A stretch of DNA of 64,000 nucleotides from an uncultured Gemmatimonadaceae bacterium (GTDB lineage Bacteria; Gemmatimonadota; Gemmatimonadetes; Gemmatimonadales; Gemmatimonadaceae), in contig CAVUDW010000002.1 in NCBI GenBank assembly GCA_963740355.1, positions 800,001 to 864,000 on the forward strand, written 5' to 3'. The notes below the pieces were generated by a model. It was given only the letters and a program-made list of their open reading frames with translations. It was not told where the DNA came from and ran no database searches. Both the position numbers and the translations under genes were made by a program. Each line of letters begins with the position of its first letter. Position 1 is the first letter of the stretch. Below, in pieces: positions 51,204-60,556 of this stretch.

Positions 51204-51853
51204 TCCTTCGACTTGCTGCGAAAGGCGTTGATCATCCACTGCGACAGGTCCACTCGACTGTGCCGCTGTTCCTTCCACGGGTCACCATACATGTGATAGC
51301 CGTTCTGCTCCCAGAAGCCTGGTGCATCGGCATTCATGAATTCGAAGCCGCGCACCCACTTCGCACTCTTCCAGAGATAGAGATGCGGCACCACGAGCCG
51401 TAGTGGCCAGCCATGCTCCGGCGTGAGGTCGACGCCGTCGTGCTTCCACGCGAGGACATTCTCCGGCCGATCGAGATCAGCGAGCGGCAGGTTGGTGGTG
51501 AAATCGGGCTCGGCGAAGATCATCACATGCGTGGCTTCCGGCAGCGGCTCCGCGATGCGCAGCAGGTGCTGCACGCTGACGCCTTCGAAATCGTTGTCCA
51601 GCCGACTCCAGCGCGTGACACAGTGCATGTCGCAGCGCGTGACCTGGCGCGGAAAATCCTGAATCTCCTTCAACGTGTAGCTGTTCGGCGCGGCGCAGAG
51701 GCCGCGGAACTCGAAGCGCCACGTCTCCGGATTCACATGCGGCACATTGCCGTAGTGGAGCACGGGCCACTTGCGCGTCTGCGACTGGCCTGGCGGTATG
51801 CGTTCGCGGTCGGTGGGGCGGACGTCGAGCGTCGGCAGTTCGTCGGACATCAT
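51200..51853 (-). CDS. Sulfite-oxidase-like molybdopterin oxidoreductase (YuiH-like)
   Basis: PPGQ....WPVLH, DMHCVTRWS, HGWPLRLVVPHLY.WKSAKW, GFWEQNGYH..GDPW.EQR. Confidence 0.9.
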   Translation of the reverse strand: MMSDELPTLDVRPTDRERIPPGQSQTRKWPVLHYGNVPHVNPETWRFEFRGLCAAPNSYTLKEIQDFPRQVTRCDMHCVTRWSRLDNDFEGVSVQHLLRIAEPLPEATHVMIFAEPDFTTNLPLADLDRPENVLAWKHDGVDLTPEHGWPLRLVVPHLYLWKSAKWVRGFEFMNADAPGFWEQNGYHMYGDPWKEQRHSRVDLSQWMINAFRSKSKE

Positions 51854-51950
51854 CGTCTCTGGCTCAGGGTCTGCTGGATTTTATCGTCACGGCGCATTTC
51901 TGCGTCATTCCTGGCGGTGGTCGTGGTGCCGGATTGATCAGCGGCGTCAA

Positions 51951-51990
51951 CACTTCCTCACGCGGAGCCGCGGGGGACGCGGAGCCGCGG
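51951..51990. repeat. Solo copy of the REP-like arm found at 16974-17007
   Basis: CACTTCCTCACGCGGAGCCGCGGGGGACGCGGAG matches 16974-17007 at 33/34. Confidence 0.85.
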
Positions 51991-52060
51991 GGAAGGGCAA
52001 CGGCATGATGGCCGTCGGCGGCACGCCGTTCAATCACACACTTGCTTTCGAGCTGCGACT

Positions 52061-52771
52061 CTAGGCGGCGGGCTCGAGAGCAGGGAGCATGGCTTCTAGC
52101 TCAGCCCGAGTCGTTTCAACTGGCGTCAGAGCGAAGATCTGGCCAAACGCGGCTGCGACGCGCTGTTGCATCTCCTCGAACGATGGGGCGGAGGCGGGCA
52201 GTTCCTGCTTGGTGCTCGTCATCACCACGTCGGCGATGCCGCAGGGGGTGAAGAGGTCGAAGTAGGAGAGATCGGTGTTGACGTTGAGCGCGAAACCGTG
52301 GCGCGTGACCCAGTCGCGCGCGTGCACGCCGATCGACGCGATCTTGCGGTCGTCGATCCAGACGCCGGTGTATTTCGCAACCCGACCGGCAATCAGGCCA
52401 ACTGTGCCGAGTGCCACGATCAGCGCCTCTTCCACCTGTCGCAGGTACCAGTGCAGGTCCTGTGTATGCTGCTTGAGGTCGATGATCGGGTAGCCGACCA
52501 GTTGACCTGGCCCATGAAACGTGGCGTCACCGCCGCGCTCGATCTCATACCGCTCGACGCCACGTGCGGCGAGCAGGCTTTCCGAGATCAACAGGTTGTC
52601 GCCCTTGGTGGAGCGCCCCAGGGTCACGACGGGCGGATGCTCCACCAGCAGCAGCACGTCGTCGGGCACGTCACCGCGGATGCGAGCCGCCGACACCGCC
52701 CGCTGGAGCTCGAGTGCCTCATTGAATGCGAGAAACCCGAGATTCACCACCAGCAGGCGGCGGGTGCTCAT
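52061..52771 (-). CDS. lipB: Lipoyl(octanoyl) transferase
   Basis: LLVEHPPVVTLGR, RGGDATFHGPGQLVGYPI, RKIASIG, HGFALN, PCG. Confidence 0.95.
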   Translation of the reverse strand: MSTRRLLVVNLGFLAFNEALELQRAVSAARIRGDVPDDVLLLVEHPPVVTLGRSTKGDNLLISESLLAARGVERYEIERGGDATFHGPGQLVGYPIIDLKQHTQDLHWYLRQVEEALIVALGTVGLIAGRVAKYTGVWIDDRKIASIGVHARDWVTRHGFALNVNTDLSYFDLFTPCGIADVVMTSTKQELPASAPSFEEMQQRVAAAFGQIFALTPVETTRAELEAMLPALEPAA

Positions 52772-52795
52772 GCCTGCACCATCAGGCATGACGCA

Positions 52796-54199
52796 TCACG
52801 CGTGCACCATCTTCCCCATCGAGTCGAGCACCGCTTCGGCAATCGCTTCCGAGAGGGTCGGATGGGCGTGCAGGGCGAGATCGATCTCTTCCACGGTGAA
52901 TTCATTCTCACGGGCGACGACGATCTCGTGAATCAGTTCCGTCGCGTGCGCGCCGACGATGTGTGCGCCGAGGATCTCGCCGTACTTCTCGTCCCGGATG
53001 ATCTTCACGAAGCCATCCGTCTCGCCTGACGTGCGTGCGCGACCGTTGGCCGAGAACGGGAACTTGCCGACCTTGTAGGCAACGCCCTTCGCCTTCACCT
53101 GTTCTTCGGTGAGGCCGATCGACGCCACTTCCGGATGACAGTAGGTGCAGCTGGGGATGTTGCCGTAGTTCACCGGGTGGAACGGCTGTCCGCCCAGCAT
53201 GTCGGCCAGCACATGCCCTTCGCGTGACCCCTTGTGGGCCAGCATCTGGTTGCCGGCCACGTCGCCGATGGCGTAGACGCCCTTGACGTTGGTCTCGAAC
53301 TTCTCGTTGATGGCGATGAAGCCGCGATCGGACTTCTTCACGCCGAGGGCCTCGAGTCCGAAGCCGTCGGTGTTGGCGGCACGGCCAGCGGCGACGAGCA
53401 CCTTGTCGACCGTCAGCACACGCGGCTGCCCGCCGGCTTCGAACGACAGCGTCACGCTGTTGGCCTCGACCTTGGCCGCCGTGATCTTGGCGCCGGTCAC
53501 CGACTCGATGCCACGCTTCTTGAACGCGCGGGCCAATTCCGCTGATGCGTCGGCATCCTCGATCGGCAGGATGCGCGACGCGACCTCGATCAACGTCACC
53601 TCGGTGCCGAAGGCGTTGAACACATCGGCGAATTCCACGCCGACGGCGCCGGCCCCGACGACCGCCATCGTCTTCGGCGCGGACTCGAGTACCAGCACCT
53701 CGTCCGAGGAGAGTACGGTGGTCTTGTTCAGTTCCAGCCCGACCTGCGGCAGCCCGCGCACGCGCGAACCGGTCGCAATCACGAGCGCCTTCTTCGAGGT
53801 GTGTGATTCCACGGTGCCATCGGCCGCCTTGACCTCCACGGTGTTGGCAGCCGTGACACGGCCATTCCCGCGGATGTAGGTGACCTTGTTCTTCTTCAGC
53901 AGGAATTCGACGCCCTTCGAGTTCTGCGTGCTGACGCCGCGCGAACGCTTCATCGCCGGCCCGAAATCGAAGCTCAGCGGTCCAGTCGTGATGCCATGTT
54001 CGGCCGCATGCTTCACCTTGTTCGCGACCGACGCGCTTTCGAGCAGCGACTTGGCCGGAATGCAGCCCCACAGCACACAGGTGCCACCCAGCGCTTCGCG
54101 CTCGATGACGGCCACCTGAAGGCCAAGCTGCGCACTGCGAATGGCGCAGACGTACCCGGCGGGGCCGCCGCCGAGGATGATGACGTCGAACGATGCCAT
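52796..54199 (-). CDS. lpdA: Dihydrolipoyl dehydrogenase (E3)
   Basis: GGGPAGY, GGTCVLWGCIP redox disulfide, GAGAVGVE, AIGDV, HAHPTLSE. Confidence 0.96.
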   Translation of the reverse strand: MASFDVIILGGGPAGYVCAIRSAQLGLQVAVIEREALGGTCVLWGCIPAKSLLESASVANKVKHAAEHGITTGPLSFDFGPAMKRSRGVSTQNSKGVEFLLKKNKVTYIRGNGRVTAANTVEVKAADGTVESHTSKKALVIATGSRVRGLPQVGLELNKTTVLSSDEVLVLESAPKTMAVVGAGAVGVEFADVFNAFGTEVTLIEVASRILPIEDADASAELARAFKKRGIESVTGAKITAAKVEANSVTLSFEAGGQPRVLTVDKVLVAAGRAANTDGFGLEALGVKKSDRGFIAINEKFETNVKGVYAIGDVAGNQMLAHKGSREGHVLADMLGGQPFHPVNYGNIPSCTYCHPEVASIGLTEEQVKAKGVAYKVGKFPFSANGRARTSGETDGFVKIIRDEKYGEILGAHIVGAHATELIHEIVVARENEFTVEEIDLALHAHPTLSEAIAEAVLDSMGKMVHA

Positions 54200-54370
54200 G
54201 ACGATCTCACGTAGAGGATCGGGCGCCGGCTGGTGCCGCGCCGCGGAAAGCCATTCCGTCACGGAGTGGCTTCGCTGAAAGATGCCCGGTTTGTCCAGTC
54301 GGCTCCAGTGTGCGACTCAGTGGTGGCTGCGGTCGAGGGAGCCCGCCACGCCGCAGACTGCTGAAAGCGG

Positions 54371-55876
54371 CTACGCGAAGGGCACCAGCAGCAGCACGAC
54401 AACGAGGGTGACCAGCGTGCCGGCGAGTGCGGCGCGCGCCCAGGTGCTCTCGAACGCCCGACGGTAGGCCGCCACGGTCCATGGGGCAATGCCAACGGCC
54501 AGCAACCAGCTGTGGAAGGCCGGTGCGATGGTCAGGTCTCGGATGCTCGACCAGGCGCCCGAGAGCCCACTGATCCGGCCACTCTCGAGATAACTGATGC
54601 GCGACACCCCACTCCACGCGGCGCCGTACTCGAGGCCGAATTTTGCCAGCAGCAGGAGCATCGGGACGGCGAGGCCCCACCAGAGCACGAACCACGCGGT
54701 GAAATGGCTCGCGAACACCAGCTCGGCATAGTCATCGCGCCGCTGGTACGTGCGCGTGGCCGCCACGACCGCGACCACCGCAAACGCCATCAACGGGAGC
54801 CAGAGCAGCGGGACGTAATCCAGTGCCGTGGCCACGTCTCGCAGCAGGTCGGGCGGCGTATCGATGGCGAGGTTCACGGGGGCCTGTCCGGCGACACCCG
54901 CTGTCACTTCCGCCGTGCGGTCACTTCCGATCATCAGCGCGCGGTCGGGGCGCGGACGCAGGCTGCCAAGGCCGCTGATGACGGCAAAGGCGACGAGTGT
55001 GACGATCGCGATCGCGACCGGCCCGAAGTAGCGCCTGCGCTGGCCAAGGATGAAGCTTGCCGTCAGTTCACCAGGCGCGAGCACGAGCGCACCCACTGTC
55101 CGCAGCGCCCGACTGTCGCTGTCGAGAAAAGCAGCGAGCACGTCGTGCCAGACACCTGAGCCGGCCGCCTGCGCGGGCACAGCGGTGTCATGGCCGCACC
55201 GCGTGCAGGTGTCGCCATGGACAACAGCCCCACAGCGCGCGCATTCCTGCGGTGCGACACTCGGCGTGAGCGGGGGCTTCCGCTTCGGCCAGAGCACGTT
55301 CCGGCCTTCGGTGCGGGCAAAGTTCGCGGCTGGCGGATCGGGGAAATGCTTCGGTGGCCGCAACTCGGTGACCGCGATCGCCGGTGGCTTGGCAGGCGAG
55401 GGCCTCGATGTGCTCGGGGCCGCTGGCTCCATCGTCACGGTCGCGATGGGTTCTGGACTGACGCTGGCTTCGCTCTCAGGCTCAGCCGTGATCACATCGC
55501 TGTCCAGCGGCGTGTTGAGCATCAGTTCGTGCAAGGCCCGCCCCGCGAGATACACGGGCACTTCCACCGCGCCCGGCTGATCGAGCCCTGGAATGAGCTC
55601 GGTCTCGGCGTTGGGTGGTTCCGACGCTGCACCGCGATGCAACTCGGAGGGGATCGCCTCACCGGTCTCAGGCGTGAGGCGAATCGTCAACTGCTCCCAG
55701 CGGTGTTCTGGCGGCGCTGAGCGGGACAGCGGGTGCGCCAGCTCCTCCTCGTTCAGGTCCAGCAACGACGCGAGCGAGAAGGGGCGAGGCGCGACGTCCG
55801 TGGTGGGTGCATCGTGGCCCGCGGGAGCGTCTGGCTCGTCGCGGGCTTCTGATGTCGGCGGTGATTCAAGCGCCAT
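54371..55876 (-). CDS. DUF3667-like membrane protein with Zn ribbon and long acidic/Pro-rich N-terminus
   Basis: CARCG...CTRCG; LVLAPGELT..F..G.RRRY..P motif; several C-terminal TM helices. Confidence 0.7.
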   Translation of the reverse strand: MALESPPTSEARDEPDAPAGHDAPTTDVAPRPFSLASLLDLNEEELAHPLSRSAPPEHRWEQLTIRLTPETGEAIPSELHRGAASEPPNAETELIPGLDQPGAVEVPVYLAGRALHELMLNTPLDSDVITAEPESEASVSPEPIATVTMEPAAPSTSRPSPAKPPAIAVTELRPPKHFPDPPAANFARTEGRNVLWPKRKPPLTPSVAPQECARCGAVVHGDTCTRCGHDTAVPAQAAGSGVWHDVLAAFLDSDSRALRTVGALVLAPGELTASFILGQRRRYFGPVAIAIVTLVAFAVISGLGSLRPRPDRALMIGSDRTAEVTAGVAGQAPVNLAIDTPPDLLRDVATALDYVPLLWLPLMAFAVVAVVAATRTYQRRDDYAELVFASHFTAWFVLWWGLAVPMLLLLAKFGLEYGAAWSGVSRISYLESGRISGLSGAWSSIRDLTIAPAFHSWLLAVGIAPWTVAAYRRAFESTWARAALAGTLVTLVVVLLLVPFA

Positions 55877-55898
55877 TGCACCCCATCGGGAATGTCGA

Positions 55899-57218
55899 TC
55901 AGTACACCAACATCAGTGGATTTTCGATCAGGCGACGCAAGGTCTGCAAGAACTGTGCACCCAAGGCTCCATCGATGACACGGTGATCACAACTCATCGT
56001 GACACGCATGCGCTTTCGGACCTCGACGGCGCCGTTGACCACGACCGCCTTGTCCTCCACCGCGCCGACGGCGAGGATCGCCGCCTCGGGGGGATTGATG
56101 ATGGCCGTGAATTCATCGATCCCGAGCATGCCCAGATTGCTGACGGACATGGTGGCCCCGGTGTACTCGTGCGGTTGCAACTTTCGCTCGCGGGCCCGCT
56201 TCGCCAACTCGCGCGCTTCCTTGCTGATCGCCGACATTCCCTTGGTGTTGGCGTCGAAGATCACGGGAGTGATCAGTCCTTCCGGAATGGCCACCGCCAT
56301 GCCGACGTGCACGCGGTGATGCTGCCGGATCTTGTCGCCCATCCAGTGGCTGTTCACCTCGGGATGCTGCGTCAGCGCGACGGCGACCGCCTTGAGGATG
56401 ATGTCGTTGACGCTGACCTTGAATTCGGGACCGATTGCGGCCATTGCGGCCCGCATGTCGGTGACACGGGCCAGGTCATACTCGGCCGTGAGATAGAACG
56501 TCGGCACCGGCCCGATCGACTCGGCGAGGCGTCGAGCGATCGTCTTGCGGATCTGTGTCAGCGGTGCGTCGGTGAAGTCGGCCGCCGACACGCTTGGTGC
56601 CGCCGGACGTGCGCCGGCGAGCATGGTCGCGCCGCCCGCCATCGCCTCTTCCACGTCGCGCTTGATGATGCGACCACCGGGGCCCGACCCACGAACCTGC
56701 CCGATGTCGAGCCCGCGCTCACTCGCCATCCGACGCGCGAGTGGTGACGCGATCAATCGCCCGCCGGTATCGCTGGCGTGTGACGGCTGTTCCGAGGGAT
56801 GATGATCGACGTGTGGCATGACCGTGCGCGGCGCGGCCGACGCCACGGGTGCAGCGGGTGCGGCAGCGGGTGTCGCGCTCGGCGCTGCGGCGGCCGGCGC
56901 GGCAGGTGCTTCCGCTGGTGTGGGGGCCGCCGCGGCTGGTGCCGGTGCGGCACCACCGACCAACGCGGCGATGTCTTCGTCGGCCGATGCGATCACGCCA
57001 ATCAGCTGCCCCACTGGCGTCGTCGAATTTTCGGGAATGAGGCGCGCACGCAGGACACCGTCCCCACGCGCGACCAGTTCCATGATGGCCTTGTCGGTCT
57101 CGACTTCCGCGAGCACGTCGCCGCTCTTCACGACGTCGCCCTCGTTCTTGTTCCACTTCACCAGGCGCCCCTCTTCCATGGTCGGAGAGAGCGCTTCCAT
57201 CATCACCTTAGTAGCCAT
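55899..57218 (-). CDS. pdhC: Pyruvate dehydrogenase E2 dihydrolipoamide acetyltransferase
   Basis: LSPTMEEG, VETDKA lipoyl site, ASPLARRMA..GSGPGGRI, SCDHRVIDG. Confidence 0.95.
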   Translation of the reverse strand: MATKVMMEALSPTMEEGRLVKWNKNEGDVVKSGDVLAEVETDKAIMELVARGDGVLRARLIPENSTTPVGQLIGVIASADEDIAALVGGAAPAPAAAAPTPAEAPAAPAAAAPSATPAAAPAAPVASAAPRTVMPHVDHHPSEQPSHASDTGGRLIASPLARRMASERGLDIGQVRGSGPGGRIIKRDVEEAMAGGATMLAGARPAAPSVSAADFTDAPLTQIRKTIARRLAESIGPVPTFYLTAEYDLARVTDMRAAMAAIGPEFKVSVNDIILKAVAVALTQHPEVNSHWMGDKIRQHHRVHVGMAVAIPEGLITPVIFDANTKGMSAISKEARELAKRARERKLQPHEYTGATMSVSNLGMLGIDEFTAIINPPEAAILAVGAVEDKAVVVNGAVEVRKRMRVTMSCDHRVIDGALGAQFLQTLRRLIENPLMLVY

Positions 57219-57242
57219 CGTCAGTGTTCCGGCGGAGTGGGA

Positions 57243-58223
57243 TCAGTCGAGATAGAGCGCGCGGCGGACCGCGGCGATGGTCTTCGGCAGGTCGGCCTTG
57301 GCGGCCTTCTCGAGCCCCTTGGCGTACGGCATCGGGGCGTCGGCCTGTGTCACGCGGAGCACGGGTGAATCGAGATCGTCAAAACACTCGCGCTGCACCA
57401 GATCCGTGATCTGCGCGCCCACGCCGGCGAAGTACCAGCCCTCCTCCAGCACGATACAGCGATTGGTCTTCTTCACGCTGTCGATGATCGCGCGCTCGTC
57501 GAGTGGACGAATGCTGCGCAGGTCCACCACGTCGATGGTGATACCATCCTTCGCCAGCTGGTCGGCCGCTGCCATGGCGACCAGCACCTGCTTGCCCCAT
57601 GTGACGATGGTGGCGTGTTCACCCTTGCGCTTCAGGTCAGCCACGCCGAGCGGCACGATGTATTCGCCGTCCGGTACTTCGCCCTTGTTGTTGTAGAGCA
57701 TCTCGCCTTCCAGCACGCACACCGGATTGTCATCGCGGATTGCGGCCTTCAGCAATCCCTTCGCATCGTACGGCGTGCCGGGTGCGACGACCTTGAGCCC
57801 CGGGATGTGCGCCAGCCAGCTTTCCCACGCCTGGCTGTGCTGCGCGCCGAGCTGCAGCGCCGCACCGTTCGGGCCGCGGAAGACCATCGGGATGTTGAAC
57901 TGGCCACCCGACATGTAGAGCATCTTGGCGGCCGCATTCACGACCTGGTCGAGTGCCAGCAACGCGAAGTTCCACGTCATGAACTCGATGATCGGACGCA
58001 GGCCGACCATCGCGGCACCGACACCGACACCGGCAAATCCCAGCTCGGTGATCGGCGTATCGACCACGCGCATTTCGCCGAATTCCTGCAGCAATCCCTT
58101 CGAGACCTTGTATGCGCCTTGGTACACGCCGACTTCCTCACCCATCAGGAAGACGCGTGCATCACGCTGCATCTCTTCACGGAGCGCCTGGTTGAGCGCG
58201 TCGCGATATGTGATGATGGCCAT
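57243..58223 (-). CDS. pdhB: Pyruvate dehydrogenase E1 beta subunit
   Basis: GEEVG.YQGAYKVS, DTPITE.GF, EFMTWNF, FRGPNG, AQHSQ. Confidence 0.95.
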   Translation of the reverse strand: MAIITYRDALNQALREEMQRDARVFLMGEEVGVYQGAYKVSKGLLQEFGEMRVVDTPITELGFAGVGVGAAMVGLRPIIEFMTWNFALLALDQVVNAAAKMLYMSGGQFNIPMVFRGPNGAALQLGAQHSQAWESWLAHIPGLKVVAPGTPYDAKGLLKAAIRDDNPVCVLEGEMLYNNKGEVPDGEYIVPLGVADLKRKGEHATIVTWGKQVLVAMAAADQLAKDGITIDVVDLRSIRPLDERAIIDSVKKTNRCIVLEEGWYFAGVGAQITDLVQRECFDDLDSPVLRVTQADAPMPYAKGLEKAAKADLPKTIAAVRRALYLD

Positions 58224-58226
58224 GGG

Positions 58227-59294
58227 TCAGCTCCACCCGCCAGCAGCGCTGACCGTGTCGGAGGTGGTGTCGACGTACACGTTTTCCATCAGCGCTTCCA
58301 GTGGCGGTTCGGGGCTGGCCTCGGCGAAGTCCCATGCGTCCTGCACGATCGCCTTGATCTCGGTGTCCAACTCCTGCATGACCGGCTCGGTCAGGGTGCC
58401 ACGTTCTTCCATGTGCGCGCGCAGAAGTGCGATTGGATCGCGCTTCAGGTACTCGTCGAGTTCTGCCTTGCTGCGGTAGGTGCCGCTGACCGCGTCGGAC
58501 ATCGAGTGGCCCATGAAGCGATAGGTGCGCATCTCGAGCAACGTGGGGCTCTGCTCAGTACGGGCGCGACCGACCGCCTCTTCAATCGCGGCCCGCACGG
58601 CCAACACATCCTGTCCATCCACCACGCCGCGGTGCATGTCGTAGCTGCCGGCGCGCTGGTAGATGTCATTGATCGCAGAGGCGCGCTCGACGGAGGTGCC
58701 CATGCCGTAGCGGTTGTTCTCGATGATGAAGATCACGGGCAGCTTCCAGAGCGCAGCCATGTTGAGCGACTCATGGAAGGCACCGTTGTTCACGGCCGCT
58801 TCACCGAAGAAGCAGCAGATCACCTGATCGCCACCGCGATACTTGATCGCGAAGCCGACGCCGGTGGCAATCGGCAGGTGACCACCGACGATGCCGTGTC
58901 CTCCAAGGAAGCCCGTCTCCTTGTCGAACATGTGCATCGAGCCGCCCTTGCCGCCGGCGCAGCCATCGACACGGCCGAACAGTTCCGCCATGATCGACCG
59001 CGGCGTCATGCCACGGGCCAGCGCCTGGCCATGGTCACGGTAGGTCGTGATCATGTAGTCGTCGGGCCGCAGATGACTCAGCGTGCCGGTGCTGACGGCT
59101 TCCTGGCCGATGTAGAGGTGGCAGAAACCACCGATGCGGCCGATGGCATATGCCTCGGCGCAGCGCTCTTCGAAGCGACGCTGCAGCAGCATCGAACGGA
59201 GCAGGGACAGGTGCAACGTGCGCTCGGCATCTGGTGCCGGAGCGGACGCAGCGGGCTTCGACGATGCTTTCGCCGTGGAGGGGCGCTTTGCCAT
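58227..59294 (-). CDS. pdhA: Pyruvate dehydrogenase E1 alpha subunit
   Basis: IGGFCHLYIGQEA, GKGGSMH, ENNRYGMGT, TYRFMGHSMSD. Confidence 0.95.
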   Translation of the reverse strand: MAKRPSTAKASSKPAASAPAPDAERTLHLSLLRSMLLQRRFEERCAEAYAIGRIGGFCHLYIGQEAVSTGTLSHLRPDDYMITTYRDHGQALARGMTPRSIMAELFGRVDGCAGGKGGSMHMFDKETGFLGGHGIVGGHLPIATGVGFAIKYRGGDQVICCFFGEAAVNNGAFHESLNMAALWKLPVIFIIENNRYGMGTSVERASAINDIYQRAGSYDMHRGVVDGQDVLAVRAAIEEAVGRARTEQSPTLLEMRTYRFMGHSMSDAVSGTYRSKAELDEYLKRDPIALLRAHMEERGTLTEPVMQELDTEIKAIVQDAWDFAEASPEPPLEALMENVYVDTTSDTVSAAGGWS

Positions 59295-59450
59295 GGAGAT
59301 GTTGCGACAGTGGGTTGAACGACGAAGTCACGATGCCACCGGAGTGGCTCGTGATGTCTGGACGCTCCCTACTGTGAGCGTTGCGAGGCACGAAGAGCGA
59401 TGCGGCGCCTCGACTACTCCGAGGCACCGACCGGACCTACCTGAACGACT

Positions 59451-60362
59451 TCAGTTGACTGCGGCGGCCTGTACCTGCTCCCAGGCGTGGTACGACGACC
59501 GCACCAGCGGACCACTTTCCACGTGCCGGAAGCCGAGCGACATGCCGACTTCCCTCAGGTGCCGGAACTCGTCCGGCGTGTAGTACCGGTCGAGGGCGAT
59601 ATGCCCTTCCGACGGCTTGAGATACTGGCCGAGCGTGAGGATGTCGACGTCGACCGACCGCAGGTCTTTCATGACCTCGATCACTTCCTCGATCGTTTCG
59701 CTCATGCCAAGGATGATGCCCGTCTTGGTGAGGATGTCCGGCGCATGTGCCTTTGCGATGCGGAAGATGTTCATCACCCGCTCGTAGCGCCCACCGGGAC
59801 GCGCCTTCTTGTAGAGGCGCGGCACCGTTTCGGTGTTGTGGTTGTAGATCTCAGGCCGTGCATCGAGCACATGCTCGACCGCACTCCGCTCGCCCTGAAA
59901 GTCCGGCACCAGCACCTCGACGGAGCAGGTCGGGACCTTCTCGTGAATCAGGCGAATCACTTCGTGGAAGTGATGCGAGCCAAAATCGGGGAGGTCGTCG
60001 CGATCGACCGAGGTGATGACTGCATGGCGCAGGTTCATCTCGGCGACGGCGGTGGCGACCTTCTCCGGTTCGGCCAGGTCGTAGCTGGGCGGCCGGCCGT
60101 GCGACACGGCGCAGTAGGCACAATTGCGCGTGCAGACATCGCCGAGGATCATGAACGTGGCGGTGCCGTGGTCCCAGCACTCGCCGATGTTCGGGCAGTG
60201 CGCTTCTTCGCAGACGGTATTGAGTCCGAGTTCCCGCATCATTCCCTTGATGCGCAGATAGTTCTCGCCGCCCGGCGCTTTGACCTTCAACCAGCTTGGC
60301 TTGCGCTCAGGCAGGGGCTCGGCGCGGTGGCGTCCGAGGATCTGGTACAAACGATCTTCCAT
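59451..60362 (-). CDS. lipA: Lipoyl synthase
   Basis: CEEAHCPNIGEC and CTRNCAYC clusters, ITSVDRDDL, LTLGQYL.PS, RSSY. Confidence 0.97.
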   Translation of the reverse strand: MEDRLYQILGRHRAEPLPERKPSWLKVKAPGGENYLRIKGMMRELGLNTVCEEAHCPNIGECWDHGTATFMILGDVCTRNCAYCAVSHGRPPSYDLAEPEKVATAVAEMNLRHAVITSVDRDDLPDFGSHHFHEVIRLIHEKVPTCSVEVLVPDFQGERSAVEHVLDARPEIYNHNTETVPRLYKKARPGGRYERVMNIFRIAKAHAPDILTKTGIILGMSETIEEVIEVMKDLRSVDVDILTLGQYLKPSEGHIALDRYYTPDEFRHLREVGMSLGFRHVESGPLVRSSYHAWEQVQAAAVN

Positions 60363-60556
60363 GATCCGACGTCCGGGGACATCGTCTCGAGCGGGACGGG
60401 AGCGCCGACAATACGCCGCTCTACCGCCGTCGCGCCGAGGCGCAGTCCGGTGTGGGGAAGAAGGTAGACGTCGGCGAATGTCAGGGGAAGATGCGGTAAC
60501 CTGTTAATACAGCTATGACGGTTACTGCCGGATTTCCCACTGAAACCGAGCCTGGC

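Noticed and set aside
51204..51278. Helicase start at 51278
   Set aside because: Would overlap the upstream oxidoreductase by 79 bp; the GTGA-coupled start at 51203 is more plausible.
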